Shown here one piece after another: positions 1-8,086 of a stretch of 27,125 bases of DNA. The notes beneath the pieces were generated by a model, which was not told the origin of the DNA, made no database searches, and worked only from the letters and a program-made list of their open reading frames with translations. The translations under genes and the position numbers were made by a program. The stretch comes from Oligoflexia bacterium (GTDB taxonomy: Bacteria > Bdellovibrionota > UBA1018): the NCBI GenBank assembly GCA_043732485.1, contig JAYTHP010000182.1, positions 1-27,125 on the forward strand. The letters run 5' to 3'. The number at the start of each line of letters is the position of its first letter. Position 1 is the stretch's first letter.

Positions 1-216
1 TCGTGGTTGAAACAAAGAATACACAAGGCTTACCGTTGAGTCTTCTCTTTATTTCAGACACCTAGATTTCAAAGTTGCGATACGAACTGTTGGGTGGGAA
101 TAAAAAAATGTATTATTTCAATCTCTTAGAATCAAGCTCCTCCCCTTCAGCGCAGCACCAGGCAACACGGCTTAAGATGCTTCTTGGGAGGCTTCTTGCT
201 TACCCGCTTTTGACGC

Positions 217-1242
217 TTAGGAGCGCTTTTTGCTCAAGAAAAAGTGCTTCGCCGATTCCACGATCTCCTCTAAGGAGGAATGCTCAGGCGTCCACTGCAA
301 AACCTTGGCGCTGAGACTGGCGTCAGCCACCAGCGTGGGCGCATCGCCTTGCCTACGGGGGCGACTGGCGTGCACCACCCGTCTGCCGGTGCATTGCTCA
401 ACCATTTTGATGACTTGTAAGACTGAAGTGCCTATGCCTGTGCCCAGATTCATCGCTTGAAACGGTACCCCTTGCTGCTCGAGCGCCGGCAAGGCGAGCA
501 CGTGGGCGGTGGCTAGATCCGCAACATGCACGTAATCGCGAATACAACTGCCATCAGGAGTGGGGTAATCCTCCCCAAAAACTTGCAAGCCCTCCCGAGG
601 ATCAAGCACAGGCCTATAGGCCGCTTGCAAAGCCAGTGGAATGAGGTGCGTCTCAGGATCATGCTCCTCACCCAAGCCCTGCGCTGTCTCCGCTCCGGCT
701 GCGTTAAAATACCTGAGCGCCATTACTTTAAGCCCAAAGCTTTCGGCGTAGAAGCTCAACATTTTTTCTGTAAAAAGCTTACTCCACCCGTAGGGGCTGA
801 CGGGATTTAAAGGATGATCCTCGTTGATGGGAACCGAGTGGGGATTGCCGTAGAGCGCAGCCGTGCTGCTAAACACGATTTTCTTCACCCCATTTTTGAT
901 CAAACGATCGAGAAAAGTGGCGGTTTGGACTGCGTTAGCTTTAAAATAAGCGTCAGGTCTTTGAAACGACTCACCCACCGAGATCAAGCCCGCACAATGA
1001 ATCACCGCCTGAAACGCATAACGATCACTCAGCGCATCCAACAGACTTGCGTCATCCAGTTCGCCGACCACGCACTCGCCCCACCGGACATTTTTTGCGT
1101 GCCCCCGGGATAAGTTATCCAGCACCACCGGCTGGTAACCCCTTTGCGACAAACGATGACAAATGTGACTGCCAATGTAACCGGCCCCCCCAGTCACTAA
1201 AACCGCTGGCTTCCGCTCGCCCTTCGTAATCTGCCTGACCAC
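217..1242 (-). CDS. galE: UDP-glucose 4-epimerase
   Basis: Motifs VLVTGGAGYIGSH, FSSTAALYG, YGWSK (YxxxK), LRYFNAAGA, PETHLIP, DGSCIRDYVHVADLA. GTG at 1242 is preceded by AAGGGG and preferred over the ORF-track start at 1311. Confidence 0.95.
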   Translation of the reverse strand: MVRQITKGERKPAVLVTGGAGYIGSHICHRLSQRGYQPVVLDNLSRGHAKNVRWGECVVGELDDASLLDALSDRYAFQAVIHCAGLISVGESFQRPDAYFKANAVQTATFLDRLIKNGVKKIVFSSTAALYGNPHSVPINEDHPLNPVSPYGWSKLFTEKMLSFYAESFGLKVMALRYFNAAGAETAQGLGEEHDPETHLIPLALQAAYRPVLDPREGLQVFGEDYPTPDGSCIRDYVHVADLATAHVLALPALEQQGVPFQAMNLGTGIGTSVLQVIKMVEQCTGRRVVHASRPRRQGDAPTLVADASLSAKVLQWTPEHSSLEEIVESAKHFFLSKKRS

Positions 1243-1480
1243 ACCCAACCCCTTTCTTGTTCTACTCCCTCTCTCAGCCCACAAGCGAAAAAAACCCTCG
1301 CTTTTTTGCACTTGCTCGTTGCTTGAGACCCCTCGCTCCTACGATAGCACCCCCGTTCCTCGGACTCCACCCCACCCACTTTTTTCCCTCATTCCCCCCC
1401 TCCCAGCCACTCATCGAAGGCAACCTCCAGACTGACGGACTGGCTGTTGCTGCTGCTTCTTTTTTACCCCACACATTTGC

Positions 1481-1510
1481 TTGACTCCCACTCCCCCTTC
1501 GGACTAAGCT
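1481..1510 (+). promoter_or_regulatory. putative sigma70 promoter of the SMR gene (possibly leaderless transcript)
   Basis: TTGACT (1481-1486), 18 nt spacer, TAAGCT (1505-1510). ATG follows at 1519 with no obvious Shine-Dalgarno. Confidence 0.4.
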
Positions 1511-1518
1511 TGCCCGAT

Positions 1519-1839
1519 ATGCCCTCTCAGTCTAGTCTGCTGCTCATTCTTGCTTCAATTTTGTACTCCCTGGGCGGCATTGCTATGAAATACTCGCAAG
1601 GGTTTGCCTATCCTCGGGCAACACTACTGGTTTTAGTGTTTTTTAACCTGGGCGCACTTTTACAGACCTGGCTGATGAAGTCGATGGAACTTGGCGTGAG
1701 TTACCTCTTGGTGGTGGGCCTGGAGGGACTTTTTACCTTAGTAGCTGGCGTCTTGCTCTTTCAAGAAAGTCTGGCGCTGAGCAAATTAGCAGGCGCCTTT
1801 TTAGTGCTGATGGGGCTGTTATTGTTAAAACTTGAATAA
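1519..1839 (+). CDS. SMR/DMT family small membrane transporter (atypical)
   Basis: 106 aa with four hydrophobic helices. AMKYSQGF resembles EmrE LMKFSEGF; the C-terminal LFQESL..KLAG pattern is SMR-like. Confidence 0.85.
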   Translation: MPSQSSLLLILASILYSLGGIAMKYSQGFAYPRATLLVLVFFNLGALLQTWLMKSMELGVSYLLVVGLEGLFTLVAGVLLFQESLALSKLAGAFLVLMGLLLLKLE

Positions 1840-1980
1840 CCCCTCAAAGAGCTTCACCCTCTCCCCCCACCCTTTGTCTCCCTGAACGGAGCGCGGAGAG
1901 AGCAGGAGCAGCCTGATCGACCCGTACCGCTTGAGCCCACTACCACCCCCCCCCACAACACCTGAAGGAGAACTCATTCA

Positions 1981-2520
1981 ATGATGAACGCTTGGCACGA
2001 CATTGCACCCGGAGAACTTTCCCCCCAAACCGTCATGGCGGTGATGGAGATCCCCAAGAACTCAAAAGTCAAATACGAGCTTGATAAAAAGAGCGGCTTA
2101 ATCTTGGTGGACCGCATTTTGCATAGCTCAGTGCATTACCCCGCAAATTACGGCTTTATTCCACAGACCTACTGCGAGGACCAAGACCCCTTAGATATCC
2201 TCGTGTTGTCGCAGGAAGCCTTTGTGCCGATGTCGTTGCTGCGAGCACGCCCTTTAGGCGTCCTCAAGATGATTGACCAGGGAGAAAGTGACGACAAGAT
2301 TATCGCTGTCCACGCCGACGACCCAGAATCGGCAGGCTACCAATCGCTCAGCGACTTACCACCCCACCGCTTGACTGAAATTAAGCGCTTCTTTGAGGAT
2401 TACAAAATCCTGGAGAAAAAAAGTGTGCAAGTCGAAGCCATTTTAGGCCAACAAGAAGCCTACGCGATCATTGAAGAGGCTTGTAAATTGTACAAAGCCC
2501 ACTTCCTCAAGATCCAGTAA
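1981..2520 (+). CDS. ppa: family I inorganic pyrophosphatase
   Basis: [60 protein letters not shown] at about 1964-1970. Confidence 0.96.
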   Translation: MMNAWHDIAPGELSPQTVMAVMEIPKNSKVKYELDKKSGLILVDRILHSSVHYPANYGFIPQTYCEDQDPLDILVLSQEAFVPMSLLRARPLGVLKMIDQGESDDKIIAVHADDPESAGYQSLSDLPPHRLTEIKRFFEDYKILEKKSVQVEAILGQQEAYAIIEEACKLYKAHFLKIQ

Positions 2521-2596
2521 ACAAGATCCAGTGACCAAGAGCAGACGAAAGTAGGGGAGAGGAGAAAAAAAAGAGGGGGGACCTGCGCGCTTTTCT

Positions 2597-4048
2597 TTAA
2601 GCGCTCAGGATTTCCTTAACCTTGGGCACCATCAGCGGATCAGCAAGCACCAACAGGGTGTCAAGCTCCTCAATTTCCGTGCTGCCGCGTGGCACCAGGA
2701 CCAGGCCATTTTTGTGAATCAAGACAATCATCGTGCCTTCGGGCAGCTCAAGGTCGACTAGGGTGCGACCGGCGACCTTGGAGCGCAAGGGGACTTGGAT
2801 GCGAGTCAACTGATTTTCAATCGGGCAATCCACCGCCTCTTCCACCTTCATCTTCTCCACCCGAAACCAGTGGGCAATCAGCGGGATAGTCGTGCCTTGC
2901 AGCAAAACCGAGGTTAAAACGATAAAAAAGACTAGGTTAAAGACCATCTGGGCCTTCTCCACGTGCGCAATCAAAGGATAGGTGGCAAGCACAATCGGCA
3001 CGGCGCCTCGAAGCCCGACCCAAGAAATCACCATCTTTTCGCGGAAGTTAAAATGCTTTGCTCCCAGCAGCGCCAAATGCACACTGACCGGCCGGGCCAC
3101 GAACACCAAAAAGAGCGAGAGCAAGACGCCCGAAGCTGCAACTGATCCCAACTGCCGCGGGAAGACTAACAGCCCTAGCGCGAGGAACATCACAATTTGC
3201 ATCAGCCAAGCTAAACCGTCGTGAAAGAGCAAGACACTTTTTTTCCGTAAAAAGTTGCCATTGCCCAACGTCATGCCTGCTAAGTAAACTGCCAGAAAGC
3301 CGTTGCCTCCAATTTTTTCCGTCACCCCGTAGATCAAAAACACCACCGAGATGGTTAAAACCGGATACAGTCCCTCAAACTCCAGCTTCAAGCGATTGAT
3401 CCCCTGGATACTGAGCTTGCCTGCCACAATCCCCATGATCATGCCCAAGAACATTTCTTGAAAAAACATCGGGACCAGGCTCCAGGCTGAGACCTCCGTC
3501 TGGGTGATCAATTTTAGGAGGCTGACGGTGAGAAACACCGACATCGGATCATTGCTGCCTGATTCCAGCTCCAACAAAGGCTTAATATAGCCTTTTAAGC
3601 TAAAGTTACGCCCGCGCAAGACCGTAAAAACCGCAGCCGCATCGGTCGATGACACGGTGGCCCCAAGCAACAATCCTTCTAGAAAGGAGAAATCCAAGAA
3701 AGTCGAGGCAAACCACCCCACTAGCCCGGTACTGACTAGAACTCCAATCGTGGACAGTGCTAAACCGTTCCAGGCCACGGGCTTAGCCAGGCTGCCAATG
3801 GTTTCCAGACCGCCTGCAAAAAGAATGAAAATCAGGGCAATCACCCCGAGTGTTTGCGCTAATTGCGGATCATTGAAGTAAATCCCCCCAGGACCATCCG
3901 ATCCTGCTGCCATTCCGACGCCCAGAAAGACTAAAAGAGAGGGAACCCCAAAGCGGCCAGCCGCTTTGCTGGCCACAATACTGAAGATCAACAGAATTGA
4001 AGCCGCGATAAATCGACTTTCCATCGAAGCGGAACTAAAAATATGCAC
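2597..4048 (-). CDS. cvrA: potassium/proton antiporter (CPA1, NhaP2/CvrA type) with C-terminal TrkA-C domain
   Basis: GVPSLLVFL, GSDGPGGIYF, SSTDAAAVF, LELESGSNDPM, WVGLRGAVPIVLA; C-terminal RCK_C-like segment VPRGSTEIEELDTLLV. Confidence 0.92.
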   Translation of the reverse strand: MHIFSSASMESRFIAASILLIFSIVASKAAGRFGVPSLLVFLGVGMAAGSDGPGGIYFNDPQLAQTLGVIALIFILFAGGLETIGSLAKPVAWNGLALSTIGVLVSTGLVGWFASTFLDFSFLEGLLLGATVSSTDAAAVFTVLRGRNFSLKGYIKPLLELESGSNDPMSVFLTVSLLKLITQTEVSAWSLVPMFFQEMFLGMIMGIVAGKLSIQGINRLKLEFEGLYPVLTISVVFLIYGVTEKIGGNGFLAVYLAGMTLGNGNFLRKKSVLLFHDGLAWLMQIVMFLALGLLVFPRQLGSVAASGVLLSLFLVFVARPVSVHLALLGAKHFNFREKMVISWVGLRGAVPIVLATYPLIAHVEKAQMVFNLVFFIVLTSVLLQGTTIPLIAHWFRVEKMKVEEAVDCPIENQLTRIQVPLRSKVAGRTLVDLELPEGTMIVLIHKNGLVLVPRGSTEIEELDTLLVLADPLMVPKVKEILSA

Positions 4049-4390
4049 CTTCGAACCCCTCTCTTTTTACTTTTTTTGCAAACCTAAGCCCACGCACTGC
4101 CCGTGTCGTGGCCTTACCTCAAACGGCACTAGGCCACACCGTCACCTTAACTCCTTGGCATTTTTCGTCTGCCCCTAGTCTACCTTGCTTGTCACTGAAA
4201 ATAAATGCGCAAACTTCCCCGCCTTCCGCAAAAGGCGCTTTTCCCAAGCCGAGGCGACAAGCCTTGCAACCGCTTTTTGCTCTTTTTGAACGCATTCGCC
4301 TTTGACTGGATCAAAAAACGAGGTGCAAGAGGAATACCCAAGGCAATGGCTTCTGTCAAGGACGGAAGTGACAAGCAGCACCGGTAGAGC

Positions 4391-5695
4391 CTAGGAGTGT
4401 AGAGCGTGGGAATCGGTTCTTTGCGATTCCACACAAAAATCACAACGCCCGCATCCTCCTACTGCTTGCTCACCGTCAAGAGTAGCTTGGGCAACCGCAG
4501 GTGAAAAATATTCCTGTAGCGACTGCAGACGACACTGCTTTTTTGCAAAAAAGTGTTTCAGCTGGGTGAGCTCGCTTTTCTTTTGCACCGAATCTTGCAG
4601 CATCCAATCCAGGGATTGAAAATCATCATGATCCCAAAAAACCAAGGCTTGACCAGGCTGCTGTGCGTTGCGGCCCACCCGCCCAATGCTTTGCACTAGG
4701 GCTAGGACGGAAAAAGGGAGATGCCAGAGCGCCACCGCCTGCAAGTGCGGATAATTCATGCCCATCCCAAAGGCTGAGGTGGCAATCACCCAGTCGATCG
4801 CCTTGGCTTCAATTTTTTGCTCCACCGACTGCCGCTCCTCTTGACTCAGTCCGCCATGATAGATCGCCGTGCGGAGGCGGAGTGACGCGGCGGCCACCAA
4901 GCGATGCACCCGGGTGGTGGCTGAGCGTGAGGCCACAAAAATCAGGCCTTGGGTATTTTGTGCGAGGAGCCAAGCCATTAAGGCGGCCGGACGATCGACT
5001 AGCGGCACCTGGCGGACGGCAAGAAACAGCTGAGCCGGCAGGGCAAACGAGCCCATCTCAGTCAGTTCGGTTGGCGCAAGGGCGGCTTTCAGTTGCGCTT
5101 TGGCGCTGGGCGGTAAGGTGGCCGTGAGCCAGAGACTGCGGGCCAAAGGCGGCTGGTCTCGCCCCCCCACCACCCTCCCCCTGAGCATCACCTGCTGAAA
5201 AAGCGCTGGAATAAGATGAAAGGCCGGACGAAACTGCTCGCCCCAATCCCAAAGACAGTGGCACTCATCGACGACCAGAAAACTGGGCTGCCATTGCGTA
5301 AGCAGCTCCTGCCAGGCTCCAAACTGCAGGGTCTCTGGACTCACCACCCAGGCTTGCATCATTAAATGCGGCCTAAAGTCCGGCCTTTGCACGCCCCCCC
5401 CGCCTGAACCTAACACCACGTCAAGACCGAGCTGTTTTAAGCGCTGATACTGCTGTCTTGCCAGCGCAACGAGGGGAGTAATGAGTAAGGTGCGTTGGCC
5501 AGGCACCATGGCTAAGCGTTCGTAAATGAGACTCTTCCCAGAGCCGGTCGGCGCGAGACACAAGAGATGACGCCCTGCGTCCGCTAAAAGCTCCAAGGCC
5601 TGCTTTTGAAAAGGACGCAACTCGGGAAGGGTCTGCGGCGGCGCAGCCTGGGAAGGGGTCTGACTGAAAGCACCAACAGGAGGCCATGAGCGCAT
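4391..5695 (-). CDS. RecQ-family DNA helicase, short form
   Basis: LRPFQ, Walker A APTGSGKS, PLVALARQQ, VVDECHC..WG..FRP, LTAT, YHGGL, ATSAFGMG, QSIGRVGR, Zn module CR...CGRCDFC. ATG 5695 preferred; the ORF is open to 5782. Confidence 0.88.
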   Translation of the reverse strand: MRSWPPVGAFSQTPSQAAPPQTLPELRPFQKQALELLADAGRHLLCLAPTGSGKSLIYERLAMVPGQRTLLITPLVALARQQYQRLKQLGLDVVLGSGGGGVQRPDFRPHLMMQAWVVSPETLQFGAWQELLTQWQPSFLVVDECHCLWDWGEQFRPAFHLIPALFQQVMLRGRVVGGRDQPPLARSLWLTATLPPSAKAQLKAALAPTELTEMGSFALPAQLFLAVRQVPLVDRPAALMAWLLAQNTQGLIFVASRSATTRVHRLVAAASLRLRTAIYHGGLSQEERQSVEQKIEAKAIDWVIATSAFGMGMNYPHLQAVALWHLPFSVLALVQSIGRVGRNAQQPGQALVFWDHDDFQSLDWMLQDSVQKKSELTQLKHFFAKKQCRLQSLQEYFSPAVAQATLDGEQAVGGCGRCDFCVESQRTDSHALHS

Positions 5696-5950
5696 GGGAC
5701 TTTTCTTACCCGAGCAGGCCTCCCTGCGACAAGCGAAAAAACCTCGGCGCACGCGTTCCAGCCCTGCCCCCCCGGGGGTCACCTCCTCGCCTATCCGTAC
5801 GACCGCACAACCGAGCGACCTACCCGCCTACCTACCAACCACCGCGCGCGCGCGCTTTGCTAGTCATGACCCAACACAAGAAAAGCGGGCTTTCCAGGTC
5901 ATTCACCCGACCAGCCCGATTCTTGTACTGACTCTTGTACTCGCCTGGGA

Positions 5951-5979
5951 TTGACACTAAGGCTGACCCGTTTTACGAT
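5951..5979 (+). promoter_or_regulatory. near-consensus sigma70 promoter
   Basis: TTGACA (5951-5956), 17 nt spacer, TACGAT (5974-5979), about 40 nt upstream of ATG 6019. Confidence 0.7.
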
Positions 5980-6018
5980 TAAATAAGCAAAAAATTGTCA
6001 TTTCGGGGGGATTACCAC

Positions 6019-6960
6019 ATGGAACTGACTACGCAGCGCTTACGATTAGCGCGCAAGCCGTTACGCACCGCTCATTGTTACGAGACTCAAGCAAGCTATG
6101 CCCTGTTACTGCTGCTGCTGCTGCTGCGATCATCTCCTCAAGCGCAGGCTGAAGTTTTCTCGTTGCCCCCGACCAGCGGCGAACTCAGCCGCATCCGGGC
6201 TTATGATAAAAACCACGCGGCGCTTGCCCCAGTCCCAGCGCCTAAGGATCCTGCGAGCGCCCCCATTTATTCAAAAATTGAGGCTGCAAAAAACTGGGGC
6301 GTGACCACCAACCGCTTCCAAATGGCCAGTCGATACCAAGCGATGGTGCAAGAAGTAAAAAAACTACCCAATCCCGCGGAACGACGCTTTTGGTCGGAGC
6401 ATTTTGGCACCCTCTCGCAGCTCACCGAAACTGGGAGCTATCACCCTCAGCACCCGGAGGGATACCCTGCAGAAAAACCGCTCAGTCGTTTGCAAAAAAA
6501 GCCCACTGGCGCTTTTTTCAAGCCGCTTGCCACCACTGAAATCAATCGCCTCAGGGCGTTCACCCAAGATCACGTGCCAGTGCAGGGTCAGCGCCGGTCG
6601 CAAGATCCCATGAGCGCCAACCTATACGCCAAAATTGAGGAATCAAAAACTTGGGACGTGGCCACCAACCGCGCCCTACTCACCAGGCACTATCAAAAAA
6701 TGGCGGATGAGGTCGAAGGCTTCCCCAGGGAAAGTGAGCGCACCTTTTGGTTAGATCACTTTAATACCTTAGCCAGAATCACCGAAACCGGGGTCTATCA
6801 TCCCGAATACCTGAGTCCGCCCCCCCCCAAAAATCTTCCGACAACAGCAGGCACCGCCGCCCAAAAGCCGCAGAAAACCCTCACCTGGGCTCCCGGTCAG
6901 CAATTGGAGCAGGTGCAAGAGATCCCGGCTGAGAATGCCGGCAGAAAAGTCGGCGATTAG
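6019..6960 (+). CDS. hypothetical secreted protein with an internal two-copy domain repeat
   Basis: G-rich RBS-like run (6005-6010) before ATG 6019; Leu8 core and AQA|EV signal-peptidase-like site. In-frame internal duplication with many conservative substitutions supports coding. Confidence 0.85.
   Translation: MELTTQRLRLARKPLRTAHCYETQASYALLLLLLLLRSSPQAQAEVFSLPPTSGELSRIRAYDKNHAALAPVPAPKDPASAPIYSKIEAAKNWGVTTNRFQMASRYQAMVQEVKKLPNPAERRFWSEHFGTLSQLTETGSYHPQHPEGYPAEKPLSRLQKKPTGAFFKPLATTEINRLRAFTQDHVPVQGQRRSQDPMSANLYAKIEESKTWDVATNRALLTRHYQKMADEVEGFPRESERTFWLDHFNTLARITETGVYHPEYLSPPPPKNLPTTAGTAAQKPQKTLTWAPGQQLEQVQEIPAENAGRKVGD
6181..6804 (+). repeat. diverged intragenic direct repeat, period 357 nt (119 aa)
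   Basis: 6181-6447 aligns ungapped with 6538-6804. In the core (6247-6447 vs 6604-6804), 35 of 67 aa are identical by manual count. Confidence 0.92.
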
Positions 6961-6994
6961 TCAGTCCAGTCGGCTCTCACTTAAAAATGCGCCC

Positions 6995-8086
6995 TTAGCG
7001 TTGCTGTCGGTCTTGTGACCCGGTCCCGCCGTGAGCGGGGGTGGGGTTGGCCTGAGAAAAGCGCAGATAAATCACCCCGCCCACACTGCTTAACAGGATG
7101 GTGGACAGCGCAAATAAGCTATAGACATCCCCCCCGCAAGGCGAATCCACCCAGCCAAAGAGCTGAGCAAAGGCATAATTTCCGGTCCCCATGCCTGCTG
7201 GCGCAAGCGGAATGGCATTGATCAGCAGGCCAAACGGAACGACGCTGGTCACTTGGATCAAAGATACCGTCTGATCGCCTAAGGCTCGGGCAAATAACCA
7301 ACAGCTTGAGCCGGTTAAAAGATGAATCACCAGCGACAGGGCCAGCGAAGCCAAGAGCGCGACTGGGTGGGTGTGATAGCCCCGTAAGCTCAAGTAAAGG
7401 GTTTGTAATGTTTTTAGCCCCTGAAACTTTTTGCTCAGCCGGCTCAAACCCTTGAGCAGTGGGTCGCGCTGCGCAGAAACCAGCAGCAAATAGCCGTAAA
7501 ACGCCGCTATCCCCAAAGCCCCAAGCCCCATCATAAGACCGATGCCCTCCCTTAGCGTTGTGGTAGTGGCGGCTTGCCCCTCCAAGCCTAAGCTTGCAGC
7601 GGCAAGCCAGACCAACGCCGACAATCCCACCAACCGGTCCATGATAATGCTCATCACCACCCGACCTTGGGAGACGTTGAGGGCATCGCCTGCTTGCTGG
7701 AGGATGTAATAGCCTTTTAGAAAATCGCCACTCACCGCGCCGGGAATCGCGATGTTAAAAAAATTACCAATCATCGTCAACTGAAATACCCGCCAGGGCC
7801 TTAAATGCAGCCCGACCGCCTGGAGCAGCCAATACCAGCGCACCACGCCTAAGCCCATGGCGAGTGCCAAAGACGAAAAACCGAGTAACAAAAGCGGCCA
7901 TTGCTGGGAGGCCCCTTGCATGGCCTCATAGGAAATGATTTTTTTTTGCACTAAAAAGACCATTAAACCAGCCACAAAGGTCAGCTTGACGAGCGGTAAT
8001 CGCCAACGCCGCCAACCACTGCGCCACTTGCAACCGACCTCTTCAACACCAACGCTCACGCCTTTAGCCTGCTTCACGGATGACAA
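6995..8086 (-). CDS. lysylphosphatidylglycerol synthase TM / flippase-like membrane protein (UPF0104/YbhN-like)
   Basis: RWYWLL, IGNFFNIAIPGAVSGDFLKGYY, SIIMDRLVGL, IPLAPAGMG; multiple TM helices. Start codon uncertain. Confidence 0.88.
   Translation of the reverse strand: MSSVKQAKGVSVGVEEVGCKWRSGWRRWRLPLVKLTFVAGLMVFLVQKKIISYEAMQGASQQWPLLLLGFSSLALAMGLGVVRWYWLLQAVGLHLRPWRVFQLTMIGNFFNIAIPGAVSGDFLKGYYILQQAGDALNVSQGRVVMSIIMDRLVGLSALVWLAAASLGLEGQAATTTTLREGIGLMMGLGALGIAAFYGYLLLVSAQRDPLLKGLSRLSKKFQGLKTLQTLYLSLRGYHTHPVALLASLALSLVIHLLTGSSCWLFARALGDQTVSLIQVTSVVPFGLLINAIPLAPAGMGTGNYAFAQLFGWVDSPCGGDVYSLFALSTILLSSVGGVIYLRFSQANPTPAHGGTGSQDRQQR

Noticed and set aside
1..216. AT-richer left edge and ORF 75..314
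   Set aside because: The ORF overlaps the galE 3' end in antisense and has no recognisable motif. A gene may cross the window edge, but it cannot be assigned.
4108..4137. Hairpin GTGGCCT/AGGCCAC upstream of the K+/H+ antiporter as a possible ion or c-di-AMP riboswitch
   Set aside because: Only a 7-bp stem, and I could not match a known riboswitch consensus. An Infernal/Rfam scan would settle it.
4108..4443. Several 60-83 aa ORFs between the antiporter and recQ
   Set aside because: Mutually overlapping on both strands, with no convincing RBS or motif.
5810..5941. Short repeats (CCTAC units, CG run, TCTTGTACT twice) in the recQ/orphan gap
   Set aside because: Too short and irregular for CRISPR or iterons. 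An operator role for the TCTTGTACT pair cannot be supported from sequence alone.
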